From contig NW_002060947.1 in assembly GCF_000150275.1 (NCBI RefSeq), forward strand, positions 1,419,199 through 1,483,198: 64,000 bases of DNA, read 5' to 3'. The translations under genes and the position numbers were made by a program. Under the pieces are notes generated by a model. That model ran no database searches. It was not told the origin of the DNA and saw only the letters and a program-made list of their open reading frames with translations. This DNA is from Trichoplax adhaerens (lineage: Eukaryota > Animalia > Placozoa). Position 1 is the stretch's first letter; the number at the start of each line of letters is the position of its first letter. Of this stretch, positions 39,501 to 52,474 are shown in pieces.

Positions 39501-41379
39501 TTTAATGGATGACTGTCTACAATAAATTGATGTCAAATTAGCATACTTGGAGTCTAGTGTGTAATATAGATGGATCGAGCATCCACGTTGTTTCCATTTT
39601 TGTTGCATAATGATATAATCGTTGTTTGTGATGACCACTCGTTTAGCCTGTACAGCCTGTTTTTCTATGCTTGATGTGAGCTAATGGAACTCCATTGCTA
39701 GGTGGCCAAGTCTCCAATTTAGCAACCAATCACTCTATCAGGCAGCATCATTGGGGAAATGCGCTCTCCATCATGGACTATCACTATGATAGTGGATTAC
39801 GAATGTTGATCTGATGTGTGTGTGGGGGGAGGCTACAATATGTGTCATGATTTTTTACCTTTTACCCTAGCACTGTCATGCCACGATTAGGACAACTATG
39901 GAAGATTGGTTGTTGCATGCCTACTGTCGTCTATTGACTACAGTAGGTCTACCATAATTTGATAAATCGTTGGTCATAACTTGTGGCTATCGTTGGATAT
40001 TGTCCGTCATAGTCATGCTATAAAATGATTGGATGGATGACATTGCTTACAACCCGTCCATTCAGACTACTCCTGGCAAGAGATCTTTTATTGGTAGTCT
40101 GTGGATTGGATGGAATCATGTCTCATCCTATCTAAACATGGCTCGATTACGATTGCAGATGGTCTTTCCTACTGTGCTCAGTTATGCTGGCGTCAATACG
40201 GAATCAATGAATGATTTATAGCACTCTCCATTATTGTTGTATTTCTATCCTCCACAGTAAAATGGCATCAAGACTAGTCCAGGCTGCAGGCCAGGAGCTG
40301 CTAGCCAGAAGAGAGAGAGAGAGAGAGAATACTGTCGTCCTTGGCAAAGCGGAGCAAAATGTCCAGTAGAAGATGGAGTTGCATGTCCATGTCTATCCAT
40401 ATACCTATATATGAGCTACTGGTGGTCAACAGCAGTCTCTCCCCCCCTCCCCCCTTACGTGTATCGTGGAGCATTGTTGATCCATTAAGCGATCCATAAT
40501 GATGTTGATTGCCACTGACAGATGCTCCATGCTATTCCAATGTGTCCGGCATAAGCTGCAGGGAAATTGTCGACCATTGCAAGGGGAAATTTTTTTTTGC
40601 CCCTTCTTTCTCTCTACCCTTGTACAACTACACCTGACTAACAACACTTTGATCTGTGAATGATGCATTCCTACTACGACTGTCTTCACCAAGCATGAAA
40701 TGGCCATTGCTAGCTGTAAAATAAGGCAAAATGGCCATTCAAAATAACCTGATGAGATTGGACAGGCCATCTTGTTGCACATAAGGCAAAGGCTGTTCCA
40801 CAAGCAATCGTCGATCCAACTTTGCCCTATAGTGATAGTAGTATTGTGTTGGAAACATGAATCTATTCATTACCTTTCACTATAGATCCAAGTGGGCATG
40901 GTGGGAAGACACCAGATTCCCTCAATCTAACCGGTGTTGGACAGGGGGGGGGGGGGGGGAAAGGACCAGCACTCTACTATCTTTAACACTACTGGCTAGC
41001 GTATACTAAAGCCTATCATTTGCAAACAAGTGGAGGCCGAGGCAAGGTGGTGCTAGCCTTGCCCTCCAAGCAGATGTGCCTGGTCAGCGGCCTCGGACGT
41101 CTGGACACCGACTGCTAAGCATTCTGCGGCATCGCCCTCTTTCCTTCCTTTCCCCATACTGTTGATTTTCAGGCATAACAAGTTGGAAAATAGCGCTAGT
41201 AAAATCACTCTTGTCGTTGTTCTTGTCTTCTTGTTGATCGTATCCATCAGCAACAACGGTTTCCACTGCTATCCACAACTTCAAGTCGTTGTTTCCATTT
41301 CATCGACTACGGACATTAAGGTAAGAAGTCAATGTCGATTGCATGCATTTGGTTATTTGATCGTGAACAGGAGGAAATC

Positions 41380-42740
41380 GTCGTTGATCGAGGGTGCCGA
41401 CAACTTGTTTATCACCTCCGCATGCTGGAGGTGGATGCTATGGCGATGGATTGGAGTAGACCAAGAGGAATCGCCTTCCATGTTCTTTCCATGGCTAGAG
41501 TAGGCGATAAAAGGCACATAGAAAAAAGAATATCAAAATAGTAAAAATACACTCGCATACAGTCGGATAAGGCTAGGAAAAGGATGACGGGGGGGGTAAA
41601 GGGTCCACTTGCATGCTATCGTTGATGTTGAATCAATGATGGCAAGTTGTTGTCAACAAGTGGAGCGTCTCCATGATGGACGCATACAATCGCCTTGAAA
41701 GGTCTATTCGATCCATGGCTAGGGTAGGCAATGCAAGGTAAAATCCTCCGATATACATACCCATACACATATAGAAAACTAGAAAGGGATAACCAAAGGG
41801 TTCCTATTGTATGGCCATCGTCGATCCCATCATGGAGTTCAGTTGAATGGCAAGTTGTTGTCAGCTAGTTTGAAAGGTACATTAGATCGAGGACGATGGA
41901 AAGCGAAAGAAAACCCCTTCCCCAAAATAGATACACAAACACATGGAAAAACCATGGTAAAAGGATGGCTAAAGGGTCCTTAGTGGATACCATCGTGGAT
42001 AGGCTGATCCAGTTGAATCAACGATAACAAGTTGTTGTTAGCCAATTTGACGTATCCATATTGGATGATCAAAAGCGATGGCAGATCATTGGCTATGGTA
42101 GCGCTTGGTAATGGATCATGAAAAGGCAAAACCATGCCAATAATCAACGCATGGATACTTTACCACAAATTGGACACAACTACAAGACTAAAAGGGTCCT
42201 ATTGGATGCCAATCGTTAATACCCTGATCGCTTACAATCAATGGTGACAAGTTGTTGTCATGGACAATCCAATATACTCCATCCACAATCGGCCCCCAAA
42301 AGGGAAATTAGGTCAATGGCGATGGACTGGCCGATGGAAAGCAAAATTCTCCCCAAAATACAAGTGGACATACGTATACTAGACTACAAAGGATGACTGC
42401 AAAAATCTTCTTGGATGCCATTGCTAATACGTTGATGGTGGTGATGGAGTGGAATCGACGATGACAAGTTGTGGCTAGTTTAGTATCGCCATACTCAGCG
42501 ACTTTTCAAGGGGAAATTTGGACAAATCCCTGGCGTACTGGTGGATCAAACATTGTCATCTGAAAGCCACTTTCGATCCATGCCTATAGAGTAGACGATG
42601 GAAGGCAAAATCTCTCGCAAATTAACGTAAAGTACACCTATACTCATACAAGATTAGAAAAGATGGCCAAAGGTCCGATTTTACCCCATCGTTGCAACCT
42701 ACACTCATCGTCATCATCAAGTTGCTGCCAGCTAGATTAG
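41380..42740. repeat. Degenerate ~200-bp tandem repeat, ~6-7 copies
   Basis: AAAGGATG...AAAGGGTCC...CCATCGTT...GAATCAATGATGGCAAGTTGTTGTCA at ~41579, 41782, 41959, 42182, 42387 and 42657. Confidence 0.8.
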
Positions 42741-44002
42741 CGCAACTTTGGCGTAGGATGAAATAGAGACAGATTGAATGAGGTAGGAAAACAACTGGCT
42801 TCAACTAGAGAAAAAAATGGAATAGCCTACGCCAACACAAAACTAGGCAGGATGGATCATCATCCTACGCCATGCTGGATACTCGAATAGAGTAGGGGAA
42901 AAAAAGAATCCCAATCGCCTTGAAAGGTAGACGAGACTCTTTGCCGATCCGCTACAGCAACATGGTAGATCAACAAGACGAGAAACAATCAATCATTCGT
43001 CTATGCAATCCTATGCGTAGTAAATCACAATTTCCACTCCAACCCTCATCGCCAAGGCAATGGAGGATAACAAGAGGCTTGCTCCACTTGTTTGTAGCCC
43101 AAAATCGCCACCTTGAACAAATATCCATGGCATCTTTGGACGATGGTATAGTCTCGGCTCCCAAGTGTGGATCAGCATTTTGCTTGGGGATTAATTCAAA
43201 CTGTGCCCACTTTTTCAATATTCTAGTATGTCAATAGGACAATATTGTAGCTAACTTGATTGACTATACTGTTGTACTCATTGCAATTGGGGGATTATTT
43301 GCATGGCCTTGATCAATTCTTCTTAACAAACGGTATGCCATCTTGATTTGCTATCATTCCATTGAAATAGTGGATGTTACAATATCGGCATGATGGAAAG
43401 AAAGTCAACGCGTAGACTAGGGCCCCCGGTAGACAGCATCGCTTAGGCATGTACAGCTTGATTTCTAGCAAGTTAAGATGGATAATCATCATGTTGACCA
43501 TTGGCTGAAGGAAAAAAATCCTTCTTCCACTCTCTCTCCCTCCCTCCCTCCCTCCTTATTCTATCGGATCAAGAGTGGGACTAATTAATAGCCTTAATCA
43601 TGGGTATTCAACGAGTCATTAGTGCAAGTGGAAAAACAGACTTGGTTGAAGGTTTTGTCATTGCAAGCATCGATCCTCTTGTACAAAGATTACCATTTCA
43701 TTTTTTTTCCTTTTTTTTTTTTTTTTTCAATCATCCATAAGCAACGTCAGAAAAGAAGTTGCTAAACTACTGTAGCATGACATGACCATGATTGGATTGA
43801 ACTATTCTTGCCCATCTCGTCAAGACATGGGTTGCAATAAAGTGAGAGAAAGTTCTGCATGCCATTGCCTAAAGATTGATTGAAATGGTTGATCGTTTCT
43901 AACACCCAGTCCGAAGGGGTTTCCTCAACCATGTCGCCTATCTCATCCAAACACGGCGATTGAAATAGCCATTTCATGACCTACAGGTCCATTCGATGAC
44001 AA

Positions 44003-44185
44003 TCCAACGTTAAGCAAAGATGAAATAGTTTTACTATCCTGTCAAGATAGCCTGTGAAAATAGCGTAGGAATCATTTTCATGACCCATGGGTACAATGGA
44101 TGCCAACGTTAAGCAAAGACGACATGGTTTTACTGTCCCGTCAAGATACGCTAGCCTTTGAAATAGAGTAGGAATCAATTTCAGT
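44003..44185. repeat. ~99-bp tandem duplication
   Basis: CCAACGTTAAGCAAAGA at 44003 and 44102. GTCAAGATA...GAAATAG.GTAGGAATCA occurs twice. Confidence 0.8.
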
Positions 44186-44354
44186 CCATTTCAATCCTTG
44201 TCTACCCTTTGTGGTGGAATTATTGGGACAAGATATTGCACTATTTGAATCACAGTCATGTCATGGATAGTATTTTATCTTGATATTTTTTTTGGGGTGG
44301 GGGGGAGGCATAATTGTACCTTTCCGTCATCGCTGTTGTCGAGCGATGGGTACG

Positions 44355-44620
44355 GCAATCGTTGGACATTACTACTCAAGAAGGACTTTCCTCTCGCCTG
44401 CTAAGATGGATTTTCATCGATTGCACAGTCCATCCATCACCTTGCTCAAATAGCGTCTACTCAAAAATGGCTGAAACAGCCAAAAGCAATCGTTGGGACA
44501 TTGCTACTCAAGAAGGACTTTCCTCTCGCCTGCTAAGATGGATTTTCATCGATTGCACAGTCCATCAAGCACCTTGCTCAAATCGAGTCTACTCAAAAAT
44601 GCCAAACCAAAAGCAATCGT
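44355..44620. repeat. 131-bp tandem duplication
   Basis: GCAATCGTTG(G)GACATT.CTACTCAAGAAGGACTTTCCTCTCGCCTGCTAAGATGG at 44355 and 44486. Confidence 0.93.
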
Positions 44621-46809
44621 CGTAGTTGTTGTCGTTTCCTCCATCCTCATCCATGTCAAGTGGCGATAGCCATCGCAAATGGATCAACTGGTGGAGAATA
44701 CATTGTATTTTCATCTCTTCTTGTCTACAATAACTGCATTGTTATCCAAAGTACAGCAGCAGCAGCAAAAGTAGTTAACATGACAACTTGTATTTAATTA
44801 ATACAACATTATCCCCCATTTTGCTAACAATAGAATGATTATTCAATCTTTTGATGATTTTTGCTACATCATTTTGTTCCTGTTTGTCCAACAACAATGT
44901 AATAATGTCGACAAATTGTAGTCTAGTCTCGCATCGTACAGTTATGGCGCTTTGATTCATGTTGTATTTCAATGGAGTGCAAGGTATTTCCATGCTTAAG
45001 ATGCAATCATGTACAAGCATTCATTTTTTTTTGTTTTCTCCTTCTTTACCGCTGATCATTACCCCATCGATCGCATCCATTTACTTTTTGCCACGGTACC
45101 CTAAGCAGAAGGCACCGTGGCGCTTGGATGAAGATGGCGGCACTTTACCTATTACCAGTGGATAGCCATGACAATCCACTGGTAAGCTTGCAAGCCCATC
45201 GCAAATGAGATCGTTGTTGGCAGCGATGGCAATAATCGAGAGGTGGAGTTTTTTTTTTGGGGGGGGGGGGATTTCTTAACGCTGACAAGAACAGACGATA
45301 GGAATCTGTTGTGATGGGCCAACTTATGGCCATCACAGGAGCAGGTTGGACGATGTCGTAATATTGGATTCCAATTGCAAGTACAATCCATTTCCATCAA
45401 AAGGAGAAATAGAGTTGGATTTCCTATCGCTGACTACGACATACGATGAATTGAGAATGGCTATCATAGCCAATCGAGTTGGATACCATTGACCAAAGAC
45501 AAATCAGTTTACCCGCAACTGGCATTTTACCGATGCCACCATTAATTATTCAACATGGTATATCCATTCAGTTGGATGATGGCATGATTTTGGCAATGGA
45601 TTAGTCCATTGCCAAGCTTGCAAGGCCATCATCACCAACAACATTGTTGTCGGTAGCGACGGCGGCAACGATGCTAGCAAGCAAGAGGAGAAATCGATTT
45701 TACATTATTTTTTTTTTTTTCTTTCCGCTGCCATCGACTGCATTCAGTCCTACCTTGGATAATTCACCAGTAGGGACTTGGAAGAGAAATTGTCTACTAC
45801 AACAAGTCCCTAACAGTAGTAATCATCAAGAGGAGAAATGAATTTTTCTCTCTTACCGCTACTAATCTTGTAGTCGATCATGGCGTTGGATGAAATGACT
45901 GTAAGCAGACGATGACATTACTTTCGATTGGATAGAAAGTCCATTCCCTAGCTTGAAATTTATTTTTCTTGCTTATCCTAACAACGATACGATGGGATGT
46001 TAGACTAGCCAATAATGATGACGAGTCTAATCGGGGTAGAAAGAACCAACCATAGCAGTTGAAGATGAGCATGAGTATTGCAAATCCATTTCCACACTTG
46101 ATCGCCAAAAGATCGCTGTCAGTCACGATAGATCAAGAAGAAAGGGCCGAGAAAGTGATTTATTTTCCTAACCTTGACAATCACGGCATTGATCAGACTC
46201 GTTATAAGTTTGCAATCATTGCACAGGGCGGCGTAGTACTCATAATCCATCATTGCGGCCATGATGTTGTATTTGTTTTCAATTTCCATCTTGAAATAAA
46301 ATAACATAGCCGTCGGTAGCGGCAAGGATAACCATCATGAAGGACTGAAAGTCACTTTCTACCATCAATCAAAATCACTGCAGCAATGACAACGAAGATG
46401 TAAAGTGTCAACAAGCTTACAAATGATAATTGGATAATAAGCATAATTGTGGATTGCATTTCAAATGGATTTCTATGCATGCCATGTAGCGAGGACATGG
46501 CTATCCATCACGATAACGTTTCGCCTTAGCTTAACCATCAGGATGAGAAATGAATTTTTTTCTTTCTTTCTCATGTTAATCCATGCGCTGCCTATCTTGA
46601 CTAATCTCGTACTTTCATTCAATGTTGTCTGTCTACATCGGCAACCGATTTACTGTAGTGGCCATAACTTCATGTCTTGCTCTGTCTTGATAGAACAGTC
46701 GTCGTCCTTCATACAGTCAAGAAAATGAATTTTTTTGATTTATTTTTATTTTCATTCTATGTCCAGTATTACAGCGTTGAAAGCCAGCCATTTTATTGGA
46801 AAGAACAAA

Positions 46810-49800
46810 ATGGGTCAAACATTATCCGAGCCAATAACCGAAAAAACAACGACGATATCCTATAACGCAAACTACCAAGTTGCATCATCTTGTATGCAAG
46901 GATGGCGAGTACGTATCCTTTCATTTCCAATAGTCAACAACAGCATGATACAAGTAATTTAGTTTTTAACCTTATTCCTGTATTATATATTCTCCTTGTT
47001 CTGATCGTAGTCATCGTATTTATGTTGTTGGTTGAAAAAAAAAAGGTCTAACCTACTTGACCCACAGTTCATTGCATTGCGTTGAAAATGTGTTCAAACA
47101 GCGTGATTACCTCCACGCATTGGATCATGTTTTTTCTCATTTCTATCAAGGATACGATAAAACTCTTATCCAATGAACCAGTTCAATAGTTATTTCATTC
47201 CATACTAGTACCTTATGGATGGATAATTTTTCTTGATGATTGCTCATAACTGTCCACGTAGTCGACCATCGATGAACGAGAGTGATTCATTTTATTGCCG
47301 TGCCATTACCGCCGACCAATGCTCTACTTTGGAGGAAATAATTGGAGGGGAAATAGCCTCGTTGTAGCGTGATTGCAGTGTCATTTCGATTGCTATGGCT
47401 TGTTATTCTATCAGAATAATCCATCAACTCAATCGTCATTGAATTTGTCTAGTACCTTGCGATAGTTCGAATTAATAATTGTGAACCTTAATACGAGAAT
47501 AATATCCGCGTAGTCAGCCAAAGATGAAGGATAGCCATCAGTCCTATTGACATACTGATCCATTCTCGACTTTCAATTTAATTCAATCAATGGGGAAATA
47601 GCAATACTGTAAAGCCATTGCAGTAGAATAAATTCCACATGGAAAGACTTTTCTATTATAGAGTAAAAATGAATAACGATGATGATTGAAATGAATAGAA
47701 AGTAAATTAAAATAGACTACACCTTCCTTCATTACCACGTAGCCATCATACGGCCATTTTGCAAAGCAAGCCCTCCAACATCTTGCCATACTAGATATTA
47801 ATGCAGCCGACTGGTCGATGGTAAATTAATAAAATTGGCTCAAATACCTCCTATCGATAGAGAACGATTCTCTATCAATACCTTTGCAATGATTTGAAAA
47901 TTACGGTATGGAATACATGTGAAATGGAATCCAAGTCCTACGAAGTTGTAAAGTACAAGCCATTCCCTATCAATGATCGTTTCATAAGACGGCCATCATC
48001 AAGCCTTACTACAAATGGGTTGCAGTCTAAACCTCCCTGTAGTCCAAGCTCGATACCATCCCCAATAAATGCTTATTCTACTGTATTTCCTATTGCTTTC
48101 ATAAAGTGTTCATTTTGCTAAACTAGCTTAATAATACATCAAGGTTGCTACTATAGATGCTATCCCTAAAGCATGATGAACTAGTTTCTTTTTGCTTCAT
48201 CAAGCCCCTATTTTATCAAATATGGCTTAATACTTGTAATACGGTCATCAAAATGACTCTACTATTTGCAATAGTCCAATGTAGATGTCGCCCCGAACTG
48301 ATCATTTTCTTATTCCTTTTACTCCATCAACTTGTAATTGTATGATAGCAGCTTAGAATGCAATCATCAAGTTTACTGTAGCCCAAATATGTCATGCCTA
48401 ATAGACCCTTGATTGATTTCTTGTTTGCTTTATCAAGCTCCAATTTTATCCAACATTGCATCATAATACGTGTATATCAAAGTTGCTACTATGGATGGTA
48501 GTCCCCCCAAAATGGAAAGGCTATTCCTAGCTGCTTATTTTCTTATTTCTCGTTGAACTGAATTGATCCAGTTGCAATTGTGTACAGTAATTGAAGAATA
48601 GCAGCCATCAAGCTGACTGCAATTGACTGCAGCCCAAAAACGGACATGCTATTCCTAAAAACGCATTCATTTTTCTTTCCGCTTTATTTCATCAAACTTG
48701 CTTTATAGTGCTGTCGTTAATGTTGTTTGCTATTGACTGTAAAGTCGCTTGCCATCGCTAGCTGATCATTTCTACTACGTAGCATCTACCAACTATCGTA
48801 GGCAGCAAAATTTGCAAGTAAATCTACGCGACATCCATTAGTGTATTGCATTTTTTGATCTTGCCTTGTTTTGGAATGCCCAATTCTCCTTAACTCAATG
48901 CAACAATCATAGACATGGAAGATGCCCATACTATTGATCTGAATTTGAATGGTGGACAAGATGTATTTTTTGGCGTTTATGATGGCCATGGCGGTAAGTT
49001 ATTAATGTTTACCATTGAATCAACAATATATTTTGCGATAGTCTTTCACTATTCGATACGATTAGAGTACTGTAGCAATCTCCAACTTCATTATGAATCC
49101 ACTTTTGGAGATGAACTGACTCTATACAGCAAGCACGTCTGTCTAAAAGGACATTAGATATATCAAAAGTCTGACATGATATGTAGATAGAATCGATCCC
49201 TTGAGCTATGGAAGAGTTTCTTCATGATCAGCAATGATACACGCCATGATAGTCTGCGTAAAGTGCTTGTCGACCACGTCAATGTTGTCCTTCCTTACAA
49301 GATGTAAAATATTGCCTTTTGGCTAAACGATTGCTAAGAACAGAAACGCCTTCCTGAGCTGTTCTCTTCTTACTCCAAACGTTAAGCCACGAAAAGATAC
49401 TGTGCAAGTAACTAAAGAAGATGCTGAATTTCCTCTTATCAACAACTCATTCTACAGTAAAGTAAAAGCAGGACGCTGTAGTGTAATCAGATAAATAGTA
49501 ATAATTAATTATACATCGGTTTTACATAGTATATAAAACCGCCTATCTCGATGGTGATGACAAATGCAAAATGAGTGGAAAGTAGTCCTAGTTCCAATGG
49601 ATGGATTGACTATAAATGAAATGGAATCCTACTTTCCATCAACACTATTAACAGATATTGACTAATGGATAATCCCTATCCAACTTAATCTATTGTTACC
49701 GCCTAGAATATATTGACCATAGAATAGAGTATCAATGCACTGCCTTTATCAATAAATAGGTGAAATTGATTTTTCACAAACTTTGTAGATTTGCTGAGTG

Positions 49801-52474
49801 AGCACAATAATTGCATATGCTGAATTGAAAAATGTAAATAGAATCACTTGATTAAATAAGATATACAAGTATAAATCCGATTTTACTGCTAGGCGTAGAG
49901 TTCCTAATGCTTCTTCCATCAGTATTACCCTCTTTTAACAGACATATGGTGATCATCTGTCGATCTTGAATTTTGTAATAACAAAAATTGTCATAACAAC
50001 ATATTTTAACTTTTAATATATTAATCCTCCATCTTGATATCACTTTGTAGGTGCTCGTGTCGCTAAATATGCAGAAAGTCATGTCCATAAAGTTATTGTT
50101 AAGCAACCAGAGTTTGGTAAGAAAATAATACAATGTTATTATAGTGTTATTTTTCTAATATTATGTTCATGCGTTCAATTTTGTACAATCATGAAGTAAC
50201 ACTATACATCCTTTTAAATTCTTGGCTTCTGTTTCGTGACAAATAGAAGGATAATCATTATTAGAGCAAAATGAAAGCAATTCAATGCCATAGTAGTGTA
50301 GATGTTCAAATTTTGATTCCATGTTATACTACTTCTACCTTCTATTATTTACTGCTATCTGTATCATTAAGTGTAGCATGATGTGCTATCCTTGCACTAC
50401 TCTATGTCTAGGGGATAATTATCGTACGGTTGAGGTAGCGGATAACGAAACGATCATAATTCAATAATATGTTTTTAATATTAGAATTGCTATAATAAGA
50501 TTATATAACGTAATAATTATTAATTGTAATGATACAGGAATAAGAATGAAATTTGAAAAATTACAATCAATCACATACCTTAATTAATAGCGATTAACTT
50601 TGTACGTTAGACTACAATATTATTACACCGTACATCAGTACTTTGGTAATAGTAGTCAAGTAAATATTGAACGTAATTCGCCCAACTGCCTAAATCAACG
50701 CCTTACAGCCTCAATTCAAGTACAAATATTAAAAATCAACAGTACTTGACATAATCTTAACTGTTTTTGTTCTTTAAACATTCACTCAATGGAACTGTCT
50801 TTGTTAGTTTAATGCTGTTGTAGGGTATCATTAATATCGACTGTGTATTGATATATTTCAAGGACGTGGTAATGTTACTGAAGCTATCAAGAAGGGTTTC
50901 TTGGAAGTAGATGAATTAATGCAGAGAGGTACGATTAATGCAATACTTGTCTATTTATATGGATGGCATATTACTTGGTAGGGTAATTAAGCCAATGATA
51001 TCGTTAGTGTAACTTTGTACCTCGTCAAAATTGAACGTATTAAAAAATGGTCGTAACATGATTATCATTTCAAAAGTATACAACTCCTAATGAATATGGA
51101 ATACCTTCACTAACAGCGTATAATAATCATAATGTATGATAATTTTAGATGACAATTTTACCGACGAAGTATCTGGCACTACTGCTGTAACAGTACTCAT
51201 TAAAGATGAAAAACTATACTGCGTAAGTTGGGACATGATAAATCTGATGCTTGTGATCATGGTATTCATTGGGCACAAGTCCAATTAAATCGTCACCCTA
51301 ATAACTGTATATTCTGCAGGGAAATGTAGGTGACTCCAGGGCTATAGCATGTGTCGATGGCAAATTGGTACCACTCTCTTTCGATCATAAACCAAACAAT
51401 GAAGGTAACTAACTCACTTATAATTTATTCTTTACAAGAATTGATCTGTAATAATTGAACACTTTATTTTCTATGTAGGAGAGTCAAGACGTATTATTGC
51501 CGCTGGAGGATGGATAGAATTTAATAGAGTTAACGGTAAGATATTTTTCAATGGTATAATACATTGATGGCAATGATGAAAATGTAGTTTATTAACTTAT
51601 TATAGATACATTTGGTTACATGTATAGGTAGTTTAGCCCTGTCCAGAGCTCTTGGTGATTTTAGTTTCAAAGGAAATAAGACCAAGAATGCTAAAGAACA
51701 AATGGTTACTGGTAAGCACTTGAAACTGCGTTTGCATCAATATTATAATAATGTACTTTAATTACTCAATAATACAAGTTGTTGGATGTATTCACTCTAA
51801 AATTTGTGAATATTTTATTTTGACTTGTTGCTCTACATTTAATCCATAAAATTTGTATCAAAAATTTTCTATAGCTTTTCCCGATGTAATTGATCACGAT
51901 GTAACCAATAAATACGAATTTATAGTTTTGGCCTGTGATGGTAAAGAGTAACAATATTTTATCGGTGTAGAAAATTTTAAAATTGTTTAAATCTGTTCTA
52001 TCTCTTACGTTTGTACAATCGTATTCATATGAATCTCCTTTCTTTTAGGTATTTGGGATGTATTGAGTAGTGAAGAAGTTCTTGATTTTGTTAGACATAG
52101 GATATCAGAGCAGAAACCATTGCAGCAAGTAAGAGGCACTACTAATACTTGTTATCTATAATGCTATGTTGTTAAGGTTTACATGCTAAATGTTACAACT
52201 GCCTTTGAGTTAGACTCATTTTTGACGCTATTAGTAAAAAATATTGTATAAAATAAAAACATATATTCAACATTTGTTCCTAAAGATTTGTGAAGAATTG
52301 TTAAGTCGTTGCTTGGCACCTGATTGCTTTATGGGAGGACTTGGGTGCGATAATATGACAGTAATCATTGTATGTTTCTTGAATGGTGGTACCTACGAAG
52401 CATTAGCGGCAAGATGTCGAAGTTCAAGAGCAGCCAACGGTAATGAAAATGTTGTAAAACCGTCTGATAACTAA
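46810..52474 (+). CDS. Protein phosphatase 2C (PPM family; Ptc2/Ptc3 / T23F11.1-like), N-myristoylation motif, 11 exons
   Basis: [10 protein letters not shown]...SCMQGWRV|[72 protein letters not shown]. Exons start at ~46810, 48913, 50050, 50863, 51149, 51320, 51479, 51628, 51875, 52049 and 52286. Confidence 0.95.
46913..48912 (+). other. U12-type (minor spliceosome) GT-AG intron, first intron of the PP2C gene
   Basis: 5' splice site GTATCCTTT at 46913. Branch site TCCTTAAC at 48887-48894, 18 nt before the intron end. No polypyrimidine tract. Splicing restores GWRVHMEDAH. Confidence 0.93.

Noticed and set aside
40050-40075. RNase P CR-V-like ATTCAGACTACTC
   Set aside because: No complementary CR-I (GGAAGGTCTGAG-like) sequence found upstream.
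49312-49332. U2 snRNA-like GCCTTTTGGCTAA
   Set aside because: Only a 13-nt match, with no branch-pairing region or Sm site.
7610-52474. Functional phospho-signalling cluster (PPME1, TBC1D1/4, PP2C)
   Set aside because: The genes are interleaved with unrelated housekeeping genes, and nothing in the sequence indicates co-regulation.
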